A DNA stretch of 63,734 nt, counting the filler, from Octopus bimaculoides (taxonomy: Eukaryota): NCBI RefSeq assembly GCF_001194135.2. It is 10 parts of 10 records of this genome, joined end to end, with 100 filler letters (N's around TTAATTAATTAA, not from the genome) between each part and the next. Parts side by side here need not be neighbours in the genome. Positions count along the whole stretch, not along the records: positions 16,687 to 27,679 come from NC_069004.1; positions 27,780 to 32,816 come from NC_068989.1; positions 32,917 to 42,742 come from NC_068997.1; 7 more parts are not named here. One strand, given 5' to 3'. Position numbers and translations under genes: made by a program. Under the pieces are notes generated by a model that saw only the letters and a list, made by a program, of their open reading frames with translations, was not told the origin of the DNA and made no database searches. This document shows, piece after piece, positions 23,261-35,945 of the stretch (position 1 is the first letter of the stretch; each line of letters starts with the position of its first letter).

Positions 23261-23809
23261 GGAGGCGATAATGAGGTGACCAAAAGGGGGAAATGGATGC
23301 AAAAACAGCAAAATGATGGGTTGATTAGGTTAAGTTTTATTGGTGAAATAAATCGTTTTGAATTTGCTGCTGAACGTAATCTGTGTTTGTGGTGGTGAGT
23401 GAAAAAAGATAATGGTACTAGGAATGTGGCCTGAGTGCCGAGTGGGCAGCAACGCTGAAAAGTACTGGACCCTCTGGTCCACATGATCTGGGTTGATGCG
23501 GAGTTAAATGAATGTTTACCTTGACTAAAATGTAACATCAATTGTTAAGTTGTTCTCTGTGTCCGATGACGCCATGTTTGAAATAAAGAACGAAGACTGG
23601 ATGGTTACAACTTGAATCTCCAACAACGATTATTCAGTGATCTGCAGTTTAGTGTTACGTAGCATAAATGTGACATTTGCTCTGGTCAATTGATCTGAGA
23701 GTTGTGTGGTGCGCAACAACGTGTCGCAGTGTAAAATCCTTGACATACAGTTTAATAACATGCAAACTCTGGATAGATCGTCTGACGTCACTGCATACGA
23801 CACATTGAT

Positions 23810-24007
23810 TAGACTGTAGTAACCGGTGTCACCCTGTTTGATGTCACTGCAGATATTTCATCCCAGGACATGGCATTGGGCTGTAGTAACCGGTGTCACT
23901 CTGATGTCACTGCAGATGTTTCATCCCAGGACATAGTATTGGACTGTGGTAACCGGTGTCTCCTATATTGATGTCACTGCAGATATTTGATCCCAGGACA
24001 TAGCATT
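23810..24007. repeat. Minisatellite, three copies of about 67 bp
   Basis: gactgtagtaaccggtgtc...gatgtcactgcagatatttcatcccaggacat.gcatt repeated head to tail. Confidence 0.9.
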
Positions 24008-24277
24008 TTCGGATATTTGTAGAAATTGATTCACGCAAGCGGAGTAAATAGATTTATGGATGGACAGAGGTTGGGGGAGAGAGACAAAGAGAGTTAGTGA
24101 CAGAAGGAGAAAGAAGGAAGAGAAATTGGTACATGCAGAGAGTGAGAAATAAAGAGAAAGAAGGACTGGATGTGACCCATATCCATCAAGGCAAAGCTAA
24201 CATCTTTAGTTTCTCACTGATTACACCGGAGAACTTGGATGATGACATCCTTGATTTAATTAAATTATATATAATTT

Positions 24278-24702
24278 AGGGAGTGGTTGTGTGGTAAGTA
24301 GCTTGCTTACCAACCACATGTTACGGGTTCAGTCCCACTGCGTGGCACCTTGAGCAAGTGTCTTCTGCTATAGCCTCGGGCCGACCAAAGCCTTGTGAGT
24401 GGATTTGACGGAACTGAAAGAAGCCTATCGTATATATGTATGTATGTGTGTGTGTGGGTGTGTGTGTGCGTGTGTGTGTGTGTGTGTATGTTTGTGTCTG
24501 TGTTTGTCCCCCTAACATCGCTTGACAACCGACGCTGGCGTATTTACGTCTCCGTAACTTAGCGGTTCGACAAAAGACACCGATAGAATAAGTACTAGGC
24601 TTGCAAAAGAATAAGTCCTGTGGTCGATTTGCTCGACTAAAGGCGGTGCTCCAGCATGACCGCTGTCAAATGACTGAAACAAGTAAAAGAATAAAAGAAT
24701 AT
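24278..24702 (+). mobile_element. tRNA-derived SINE family 1, near full length (head, core, internal (TG/TATG)n, LINE-like tail)
   Basis: gtgtggtaagtagcttgct...gggttcagtccc (B-box-like)...gtggcaccttgagcaagtgtc...ggtgctccagcatgaccgc...gaaacaagtaaaaga; many copies in the window. Confidence 0.85.
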
Positions 24703-25168
24703 NNNNNNNNNNNNNNNNNNNNNNNNNNNNNNNNNNNNNNNNNNNNNNNNNNNNNNNNNNNNNNNNNNNNNNNNNNNNNNNNNNNNNNNNNNNNNNNNNN
24801 NNNNNNNNNNNNNNNNNNNNNNNNNNNNNNNNNNNNNNNNNNNNNNNNNNNNNNNNNNNNNNNNNNNNNNNNNNNNNNNNNNNNNNNNNNNNNNNNNNNN
24901 NNNNNNNNNNNNNNNNNNNNNNNNNNNNNNNNNNNNNNNNNNNNNNNNNNNNNNNNNNNNNNNNNNNNNNNNNNNNNNNNNNNNNNNNNNNNNNNNNNNN
25001 NNNNNNNNNNNNNNNNNNNNNNNNNNNNNNNNNNNNNNNNNNNNNNNNNNNNNNNNNNNNNNNNNNNNNNNNNNNNNNNNNNNNNNNNNNNNNNNNNNNN
25101 NNNNNNNNNNNNNNNNNNNNNNNNNNNNNNNNNNNNNNNNNNNNNNNNNNNNNNNNNNNNNNNNNNNN

Positions 25169-25216
<48 letters not shown>

Positions 25217-25701
25217 GATAGTGAAAAAGAGAGAGAGAGAGAAAGAGAGAGCATACACCAACGCAAGCCTTTGCTGTTCGGACGGTATCTCTGAAGCTAA
25301 GAACTACACGAAATCGTACGTTTTAATGACCAGCCTACGTATGAATGTTGAATGTTTTAACAAGCGACTGTCGTCATTTTTACGTCTGCAGTGGACTCCT
25401 ATTACAATAGTAGAATTTCCTCACATCTCTGCCTAGAATAGATCGCCGAAATCAATAGCGATCCACAAGAAACTGCTGGCGTATCTGTGTCGTCTGCTTC
25501 GTCATTGAAATCGCCAGCTTCGGTACTTCATTCAGTCATTCTTTCATTCATCAACTTGCTCTTGTTTCAATGTACTTTCGTTCTCTCAATCTGATCTGAT
25601 TAAGAAAGAAATACATACCAGCCGTGCATTCAAGTTCGTTCTCACTTTCTCTTTCTCTTTCTTTCCCTCTTTCCGTCTTTCTTTTTCTTTGTGCACCGTC
25701 T

Positions 25702-25747
<46 letters not shown>

Positions 25748-25813
25748 NNNNNNNNNNNNNNNNNNNNNNNNNNNNNNNNNNNNNNNNNNNNNNNNNNNNN
25801 NNNNNNNNNNNNN

Positions 25814-25848
<35 letters not shown>

Positions 25849-26480
25849 AAGCTCCCCTTCGGCGAACGGGAGGTGGACATTATACTTTCGTTCTTTCTCT
25901 CTTTTCCTTTCGTATTAGTTTTTTCCCTGTCTATTTATCTTTCCTGGGAGATACATCGTACTTTTGTTCGTTCTCTCTTCCTTCTTCCTTTAACATTAGC
26001 TTACTTCCCATCTATTTATCTTTCCTTCTCTATTTTCCCTTGACTCTTTCTCCATTATCTATCTCCTCTTTCTTTCTCAATTCTCAACGTAAATCTCTCT
26101 CTCTGTCTCTCTCTCTGTCTCTGTCTCCCCCTGTCTCTGTCTGTCTCTGTCTCTCTCTCTGTGTGTGTCTCTCTCTCTCTCTCTGTCTCTCTCTCTCTGA
26201 ATACTCTTTTCTCATCATTACGATTCTTTCTACATCGTAATGGCGACCCTATTCTCTTTTTACGTTTTTAGATCACCAAACACATCTCCGTCGTTGGTTC
26301 GTGAGTCAACACCACGCTTTGCATTACAAATTCTTTATAAAGCGGACACCGCTTATTATGATCAGGGATAATGTTATCAACCGAGTACTATTATCGAAAA
26401 GCTCCGATAACAATAACCAGGTCCCACTGTAATATGCTCCAGATATACCAATAATGTATATACGTATACACACACACACA

Positions 26481-26528
<48 letters not shown>

Positions 26529-26814
26529 CGTGTGTGTGTGCGTGTGTGTTGTGTGTTTGTGTGTATACGTATATACGTATATTTAGAAATAAAAATTGCA
26601 AATATAAGCAGTCAAACATTTTATTGAGGGGTCATTAGTATGATGAAGGCCTGCGCCACATTCTGAAACACACACATACTCACACACACACACACACATG
26701 CACATATATGTATGCATACACAGACGGACGGACAGACAGACAGACACACATATATGTGTGTATGTATATAGTATGTATACATGCATGTGTGTGTGTACAC
26801 GTATATATTTATAT

Positions 26815-26998
26815 CTGTGTCTCAGTCTTTTGATTGCGGCCATGCTGGAGCACCGCATTGAAGGGTTTAATGGAACAAATCGATCCCAGGACTTATTTTT
26901 TCTGAAGCTGAGTACTTATTCTATCAATCACTTTTGCCGACCCGCTAGGTTACGGGGAAGTAAACGCACCAACATCGGTTGTCAAGCAGTGGTGGGGA

Positions 26999-27037
<39 letters not shown>

Positions 27038-27190
27038 TACGACAGGCTTCTTTCAGTTTCCGCCTACCAAATCCACTCACAGGGCCTTGGTTGGCCCTAG
27101 GCTATAGTAGAAGACACTTACCCAAGAGGGGACTGAACTCTGAACCCTGTGGTTGGGAAGCAAGCTTCTTACCACACAGCTACGCCTGTA
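26815..27190 (-). mobile_element. SINE family 1
   Basis: Reverse-complement match to 24278-24702. Confidence 0.8.
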
Positions 27191-30100
27191 GAGTCCTTTC
27201 TGCTGTATGCAGAAGGCCAGCAATATCTCAGGGAGGATTACATCGATCCCTGTGTTCAACTGGTCCTTATTTCATCACCCCGACAAGGACGAGGCGCAAA
27301 GTCGACCTCGGTGGAATTTGAACTCAGAACGTACACACGGAAGAAATGCCGCAAAGCAGTTACTCCGGCTTGCTGACGATTCTGCCTGCTCGCCCCATTT
27401 AGGACAGATTAAACGATGGGATTCGATTCTAAACTCACTGGGTATGAAACAAGTCGACAGGATGGACGTGGGTGGAATGTCTTTTGAATATATTAGTCTC
27501 CTTCATCAGAACTGAACAACAATGACGACGATAACCTGCATCCTTACGTGAGTTTCCACTGGTCACCGTATAATCCATAGCTTTAATCCCACCACCACCA
27601 CCACCACCACCACCACGAACAACAACAACAACAAAAGATCCTATATAATTAGATTTCCTTATTACATATATACACACACNNNNNNNNNNNNNNNNNNNNN
27701 NNNNNNNNNNNNNNNNNNNNNNNTTAATTAATTAANNNNNNNNNNNNNNNNNNNNNNNNNNNNNNNNNNNNNNNNNNNNATATATACGAGGGGCTCCTTT
27801 CAGTTTCCATCTACTAGAAGACACTCGTTCAAGGTGCCACGCAGTGGGACTAAACCCGGAGCCATTTGGTTGGGAAGCAACCTTCTTACGACACAACTAC
27901 TCCTGTACATGTAAATATGTTTAAATACGAGATAAACTTCGTTGTAACTTTGTGAATTTGTGAGGTCTAAAAAAAATGGCACTCATTATTTTACTTCAGA
28001 GATTTATGCTATCTGTGTAGGAGGTCACATCTTTATTTAGATTGTGTCTCTGTAGTTCAGAATAAACAAGGAGGAAATAAATGCGTCATGAATACTCTTG
28101 AGTCTCATTCCAACAAATGTTTTTTGCTTTCACTTCTATTTTACACGGTTCTTTGACATCATACTATTCTACACACCAAATATTTTAGTTTTGGAACAAT
28201 TAGTATAATTTTCCCAGGGAATGCACAGACACACACACACACACACACACACACAACTATTACAAGCGTAAACATTTACAATTTTTACCACATCTGCTTT
28301 TTATATCGTTCTCTTTTATGATCTTGTGTATTACCTTCAAATATTCCTCTCATCTACACATTTTTTTTTCTTTTTCTATTTCTTTCGCCTTTATTATCAT
28401 ATTCAGAACACTATTTTGATATTTTCTCTCACTCATGATTTTTCCCCAAAATCTGACAGTTTCTCTTTTCTCGGTTTGCGAATCTATTACAATCTGTACA
28501 GATATTTCCGCGTTTATTTTATTTTATTTTCAAATATACTTCTAATTCATATCACTCAATCTCATTTGTTTTTACATTAAATTATTCATAGCACATGTAT
28601 AGAAACATTCAACTAAGAACTATTACCCTACTGTTGTATGTAACTGTGCAATGTATCAAACATATATTACGTGAGAACCAAATACCTTTCACTGTAGAGT
28701 ATCTGAAAAGCAAATCAAATCCATTATTGTTCTTTCGTCATCCCTTTAAGACGTTCATGTATGTTTTCCTTGACATTTGATTGATTATATGTCCATTATT
28801 TCCTCCAAAGGCATCCTTCCACTCGAACAAATTGTTTCAACAATTGTAAATATAATTCATCTTATAGAACTTTGTTGCAACATCGAAGATTACTTTTTAA
28901 ACGTAAATCTATTGATTTGTTTTTTTTTAAAGTTTTTTCCAATAGATAATAATGCATAATAATTTTCACTTGTCGCGGTATTAGAGATTCTTCTACGAAA
29001 TCTTGTTTGTAATCTGTTATATGAGTGACATGTCTTCCTTTATCTTTATGAGCGAATGCTAAACGTAGCTGAATCTATGTGCAACTTCCTTAAACTACAT
29101 AATAAAAGTGTATTCCCAATGAACCTTCCTATTTTGACCTGAAATCGGAAGTCGGTATAAATTGCGGTCTGATATCATTTTACTATTTAAAGTCTTTATC
29201 AAAAGCAATGAGAGATTTCAATAATTTGAAAATTGATAAAAAAAAATTTTAATCACTAATAATTTGTTTAAAAATATTTAATCTTCGATATTTCTGTACA
29301 GTATGAAATATTTCTGAAATGGTGACAGAGAAAATAAACTTTAGTAGTAAAATATAAACATGTTTAGAAGATAAATGTCTGCCTCGTGGTGTTTGTACAT
29401 ATATCCCACCTTGAATTGTTTTGCTTTCTATAAACAAATTTAAAAATCTTCACACATGGTATCTTAATTATTTTCAGCACAAGATTACCATTTGATATGA
29501 TCGCAGCTATATTAAAAAACACTGAAAGGTAAGAAAATAAAAGAGAATATGTTTACTTTATCTCAAAACGCGCGATAAACTACTCGTCAGATAACTTCAA
29601 ATTTCGTCGATTTATGCAGATGTGAAGACGACTGATTTCCATGAGCGATAAGACGTTTTAAATCATGCTGTGAAGTCACATGGACATGATCATTCCATGT
29701 GTTGTTCTATACACGAGGTTAGAAATATCGTGTAATCAATACATTGTATCGGTTCAGACATATGCATGGTTATGTACACTACAAGACCGATTTTAATCAT
29801 CAAGGTTAATCTATCACTTTGTATTATATTTTCTTTAGCTTTATCATTTTGTAACGGTATACCATCCCATGTACCGAGGGTTAAACAAATTCCAAAACTC
29901 ACAGTATCTTCTTTCCAAAAATGTCTTCTTCATGAGTACTTATAAAATTTTATGCAATTCCTGGTTATCATTTTATTATATTTAAATTATCCTACTATAG
30001 AGCATTAAATGTAGCAATGAGTAACTTTATTACAATATTGAATAAATATCTATCGATATCGTGTGCAAAATACTTATTTATAAGTACAACAATCTTGCTA

Positions 30101-31697
30101 TAATACATGTTTGAATTCTGGAAATATTAAATTCAAGGACGTGTCATTCATCGTATTTGGTAACAGATGAGAAGTAAATATCAGTAGATTATACAAGCAA
30201 GTAAGAAAAATGAAAACCTTCCTCTCTTTCGCTTTTTCTCCATCATATTTCTCTCTCTCTCACTTTCTTTCTCACAGCTCTCACTTTCTCTTCTTTTTGT
30301 CCTTCATTCTCTATCATCCTCATTCTTAGTGCCTCTCACTGCATTACTTTATATATTATCGTATATGCAATATAATAGAGAGATTACACTGATAGCATAA
30401 ATGTACATGTGTTAGCGTATTAGCATAAAACCATTTCATGGTACGTTAGAACGAAATTCATTCTTGCATTCAGTTACGTGATATTACATTCTCAGTTGTA
30501 AAACCCTCTAATATCACAGTAGCATACATAGGGCTTTATAAAATAAAACCCCATCATGTACTGGTTGTATTTAATGTACTCTTCCCTTCTTCACAAAATT
30601 ATAGCCCTTCTCTCTATGTAATAAATCATGTTTCTTTTCAAGTTTCAATGTAGAATTTAAACAGATGCTAAGATAAAAATCTCCAAGTTGTTGCGCTATC
30701 AGTTTCAAAAGAGAGTTGATGTGCATGTCTAAATGTAAATGCGTGTTATGTTAACATTCCATTGAGATTTCTACTGATAAATATAATTGATGCACTCAAA
30801 ATCAAATCACCTTCCATCGTAGCCAAATTGTTAAGGCTTTCATGTCTACTCTATTATGCTAGCACATTACCATTTGTAATAAAACACCACCTTAAGTTTC
30901 ACGAAGCAGTATTTGTTGACACATAAACCTTTTAATTGCTAAAGTATGAAAATATATGTTAACCGCGGTAGTATTGGAACTTCGAAAGTAAACGTACGGA
31001 ACTGTCGCAAATACCCTATGCTATATATCCAATACTAACGATTCTACCAAACCAACACCTTCTCATAGCTTAATTACAGTTTAGGAAATTACCCTTTGAA
31101 CATCCTGTTGTAATTTTTCGATTGTATAATGCATGGAAATAGAACTATTTTAGTATAATAAAAGTTTAATCTTCGGATTCATTCAACATACACCGAATTC
31201 TGCAAACCCGAGAAATAATTAACGTCATAGCATGAACAAAGAGAATATGAGCATGTAATACACATAGAGATTTCCTCTCTCTCTCTCTCCCGTTTTATCT
31301 TACTGTCTTTCTCTTTTTCTCTCTCTGCTCCCCTCTCTCTTTCAATCTATCTCTTTCCCTTCTTTTCTCCCTCCCTCCTTTTCTCTTTCGACAGATAAAT
31401 TGTTTTCCAGTGCAGAAATCTAGAGGAACATTTCATCACGTGTTTTCAATTACATTGCAAATTGTATTTGTTTGCATGGACTGTTATTGATTAACATGAA
31501 ATAACTAGAGAGTGCACCGACCTAACTCAGTTATATTTACACTTGGCGTTTACATATTAAGACAAAAATTTAGATTTATTTGTTTTTTCTAGAGCAGATA
31601 GAATATTTGCCTTCAACATACAAGTTTATGGTCCAATAAAACAAAGTTCTAATTATATATATACGCATATTCTTTGGTGTATGCAAATATATATCGA

Positions 31698-32016
31698 TAT
31701 TTATATAGCTAGGGTGATAAATTGAATATTAATTCAATTTAAAAACAAGTGGCGTAGCATATAAAAACATCTGAAAATTCAGAAAAAATAGTATTACAAT
31801 TGTATAAGGGATTACCGCTGGGTGGACATTCCATATGCTAGAAAGAGGTCATCAACAACCCAACCACAAATAAAAGCAATGTTCTCCAGAAAAAAACTTT
31901 CATCCCTTATACACGTGTAATACAATTTTTTCTGAATTTTCAGATTTTTTTATATACTAGGCCATTTGGTTTTTAATTGAATTGATATTCAATTTATCAC
32001 CCTATCTATATAAATA
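31698..32016. mobile_element. Long-TIR MITE (115-bp arms, 89-bp spacer)
   Basis: 31698-31812 is the reverse complement of 31902-32016 with scattered mismatches; TA-rich ends suggest Tc1/mariner type. Confidence 0.8.
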
Positions 32017-32216
32017 ATAATTTAAATAGTTATGTTCTCCAACCGGTAACATATACTGCAGTGACTTATTCTCTGCAGAATTGTTTCCGGAATTTTGCGC
32101 GCCAGAGCTGAGACTTTTTGAAAAATAGCCCCCATGTAATCGGTAGAACTATATGCAAGTCTTGTTTCATGAAGACAATTCGTGTATAGTTCTGCAAATT
32201 ATATTGATTCTAGAAT

Positions 32217-32288
32217 GTCTATGCTGATGAGAACACGGATGTTGTTACGTAAGTAAAACGTTTATGTTCGAAACTGCAGTCCATAGAT
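32217..32288 (+). ncRNA. Minimal type-I hammerhead ribozyme, palindromic helix III (Penelope/retrozyme type)
   Basis: Stem I UCUAUG (32218-23) pairs CAUAGA (32282-87); core CUGAUGA 32224-30; stem II GAACA/UGUUC closing with G-C; GAAA 32270-73; palindrome ACUGCAGU; GUC cleavage triplet 32279-81. Confidence 0.85.
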
Positions 32289-32529
32289 AATTCTTTATTC
32301 TGTATATTTCTCATTTTGACCTGTTCTGGCGTTTTGCGAATTTTTTTCTGGAGAACATTATTTTTCTTTGTGGTTGAGCCGTTGATGACATCTTTCTAGC
32401 ATATTGGATTTCCACCTAGTATTCATCTCTTATACAAGTGTAATATAAATATAGATAGATAGCAGGTATACAGAGGGAGTGAAGGGGTAAATATACAGAG
32501 GGGTAGATATACAGAGGGGTAGATATACA

Positions 32530-32648
32530 GAGGGTGTGGAGGCGCGTGGCTTATTGGTTAGGGCATTAGGCTGACGATTCCTGGTGACGCGTTGTGTCCT
32601 TGAGCAAGGCACTTTATTTCAGGTTGCTCCAGTCCACTCAGCTGGGAC
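32530..32648 (+). mobile_element. tRNA-derived SINE family 3
   Basis: ggaggcgcgtggctta.tggttagggc...gtgtccttgagcaaggcacttta...ttgctccagtccactcagctg; related copies at 38820-38990 (+) and 53770-53870 (-); a probable 3' part at 35511-35622. Confidence 0.7.
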
Positions 32649-33117
32649 CCTCATCGTAGGAGTGCTCTTTTATGCAGATGAATAGCTAGAAACCTGTACG
32701 CACACTAGCAGACCCACATGCATGTGCGTACATATATATACATACATATATATATATATACGCACGCACACACACACACACACACACACCCACACATACA
32801 CACACACACACACACANNNNNNNNNNNNNNNNNNNNNNNNNNNNNNNNNNNNNNNNNNNNTTAATTAATTAANNNNNNNNNNNNNNNNNNNNNNNNNNNN
32901 NNNNNNNNNNNNNNNNGGAATATTCTCAAATGAGCCCGTGATACATACACTGTCAATAAAGTTGTCTTCATTATATCTACCACCAATTAATTCTAGGCTT
33001 TTCTCTGCCTGCCTACCTGCCTGTGTGTTTGTCTGTCTGCCCGTCTGTTTCTCTCTCTCTCTCTCTGTTTCATATGGTGTATTTGCACGCAGACACAGAC
33101 ACAGATACACACGTTTC

Positions 33118-33200
<83 letters not shown>

Positions 33201-33406
33201 CCTATACGTACACACACGCACACATACGCGCATACACACACACACACACGACGTTGTTTGTTATGGCTTAACACCTATAAAGCGCTTAGCTGTATAGGCT
33301 ACTCTTCAGACACAGTCGTCTCAAATGGCTGTAGGTACATGACTTCTCTACAACAAGAGGGAGGAAAACATCATGGCCACTTAATTTTGTAAGCAAAACA
33401 TTCCAG

Positions 33407-33467
<61 letters not shown>

Positions 33468-33811
33468 CTTATATTCATATATATTTCATCTATCTATGTT
33501 TCGCTGCCTATCTCGCCATCCCGTTCTCTTTATATTTGTATACACACACACATTCTTTAACGCTTACACGACTATATAGTGACAGCAGAGATATATTTAA
33601 GCCCATATGTATAACCCAATGTACATTCTATACAGAAACACTCTTACCACACACACTCACACCCGCCCACACACGTACCTAGCGACTATCATGCCTATCT
33701 CCACATCCCGAACACCTACCTACACTCACAAACAAATATTCATATACACATAAATATATCTATATACATAAATGTATTGCTCTATGTATATGTGTATATA
33801 TATATGTATTG

Positions 33812-33845
<34 letters not shown>

Positions 33846-34564
33846 NNNNNNNNNNNNNNNNNNNNNNNNNNNNNNNNNNNNNNNNNNNNNNNNNNNNNNN
33901 NNNNNNNNNNNNNNNNNNNNNNNNNNNNNNNNNNNNNNNNNNNNNNNNNNNNNNNNNNNNNNNNNNNNNNNNNNNNNNNNNNNNNNNNNNNNNNNNNNNN
34001 NNNNNNNNNNNNNNNNNNNNNNNNNNNNNNNNNNNNNNNNNNNNNNNNNNNNNNNNNNNNNNNNNNNNNNNNNNNNNNNNNNNNNNNNNNNNNNNNNNNN
34101 NNNNNNNNNNNNNNNNNNNNNNNNNNNNNNNNNNNNNNNNNNNNNNNNNNNNNNNNNNNNNNNNNNNNNNNNNNNNNNNNNNNNNNNNNNNNNNNNNNNN
34201 NNNNNNNNNNNNNNNNNNNNNNNNNNNNNNNNNNNNNNNNNNNNNNNNNNNNNNNNNNNNNNNNNNNNNNNNNNNNNNNNNNNNNNNNNNNNNNNNNNNN
34301 NNNNNNNNNNNNNNNNNNNNNNNNNNNNNNNNNNNNNNNNNNNNNNNNNNNNNNNNNNNNNNNNNNNNNNNNNNNNNNNNNNNNNNNNNNNNNNNNNNNN
34401 NNNNNNNNNNNNNNNNNNNNNNNNNNNNNNNNNNNNNNNNNNNNNNNNNNNNNNNNNNNNNNNNNNNNNNNNNNNNNNNNNNNNNNNNNNNNNNNNNNNN
34501 NNNNNNNNNNNNNNNNNNNNNNNNNNNNNNNNNNNNNNNNNNNNNNNNNNNNNNNNNNNNNNNN

Positions 34565-34610
<46 letters not shown>

Positions 34611-35299
34611 TTATTTTAATATGAGCTACAAATTGTTTCATGCATTGGAAACACGATAAGATGGCAAATTTATACATTGTGCCTTGTGTCTTCAATTAAG
34701 CGTTCTGGCACGTTGCATAGATCTGCCGAGTTATCATGTTCCCATGGCATGAAACTATTAGTAGCTCTTAATTAGATACTCTTTATATTGAATGATATTT
34801 ATCTCTTACTAGATCGAGTACATTTTGTGTTGAACCTACCAATAACGGAACAGTAATCTGTATATATATTCGCGTGAGTTGGGAGGGATATTCTATCCGG
34901 GCGTATACCAAGGTGGCTCTTAGTTATGTTCCAGGTTACGGCTAACCGCCTCGATTAGTATTTAATGTTTATGACTATTAGGAATAGTCATTCACGCTGT
35001 AAATTCATCCGATGGCTATTTCCGTGTTTGATTCTCTGGATGGTAATATAATCTGGTGTATTAGCAATAATTATAACGATAAATAATATGGAAACTTGGT
35101 TATCCTCAAGATTTATTTCCTCTTCTTTCATAATTACATACCACATATTTGTATGGATGTTATGACCTACACGTGTTACCACAGCACAAAGTACGGGCAG
35201 TTGCACATGCAACCGGGCGTACTTTTCTGCGCAGTTTCTTCCGGGTCTGACCATTTGGCTAGTTTCGAGGCGAACTGAATTCAGTTAGTTGTTTGCTAG

Positions 35300-35945
35300 T
35301 TAGGGTTCAGGGAGAGGTAGGGGTGTTGTTTTGAAACTGAAATCTGATCTGCTTGAAAGCTTGCGTGGTTGACCCCTGTTTCACACTCGCTCATGTCCAT
35401 CGTCAGGCGTTGTGCGTGTTTATTGAGCTCCAGCAGGGAGTGGTGGCGACTCCTTTTGTACTCCTTCGCCCCAACTTTCTCTCACTATTTCTTCTTGTTT
35501 CTTGAGTAAAGCTGCGATGGACTGCCGTCCTGTCCAGCTGGGTGGGTGGGGGACACATGCGGCATAGAAACCGGGAAACCGGGCCTATGAGCCTGGCTTG
35601 GCTTTGAAAGGGCGCATAAAAAATAATAGTTCTTCCGGGGGTTGAACTTTCACAACACCGTCTTCAATTGTTATATCTTTGTACTTTATAAGGTCATTTT
35701 TGTTTGTCGACAGCTGGCGGGTTCCACTTCCAACCGCCGACGCAAAACTTCTTTTTTGTTTATTTTCTTCTGTTTGAAGGCTTTTCACTACAATATTCCT
35801 GTTTGCAACAGTACACATTGATGGTTGGGGAAATTCACTTTCAGAAGAATCCGAAATATCGCCAAATATTAAACTTTCAATCTTTTTTGCCTCCCTGTCG
35901 GTTGACGACTCTTCGCCAGACGAAGTTACACTTTTCGGCATCTTG
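35300..35945 (-). pseudogene. Possible non-LTR retrotransposon ORF1 N-terminus split by a SINE
   Basis: MPKSVTSSGEESSTDREAKK...KRSFASAVGSG...DGVVKVQPPEELL | SINE 35511-35622 | LKKQEEIVRESWGEG. The family assignment is only an impression. Confidence 0.3.

Noticed and set aside
22957-23541. 194-aa minus-strand ORF
   Set aside because: It crosses hAT ends and low-complexity sequence; no recognisable domain and no splice support.
23810-24007. CRISPR-like array
   Set aside because: Three contiguous copies of about 67 bp with no unique spacers and no cas genes, in a eukaryotic context: a minisatellite.
24278-24360. tRNA genes at SINE heads
   Set aside because: Only A/B-box-like remnants, no cloverleaf, and they continue into SINE core sequence.
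27783-27800. TACGAGGGG as a mariner TIR
   Set aside because: It is the reverse complement of the SINE family 1 core end (gaaagaagcccgtcgtata).
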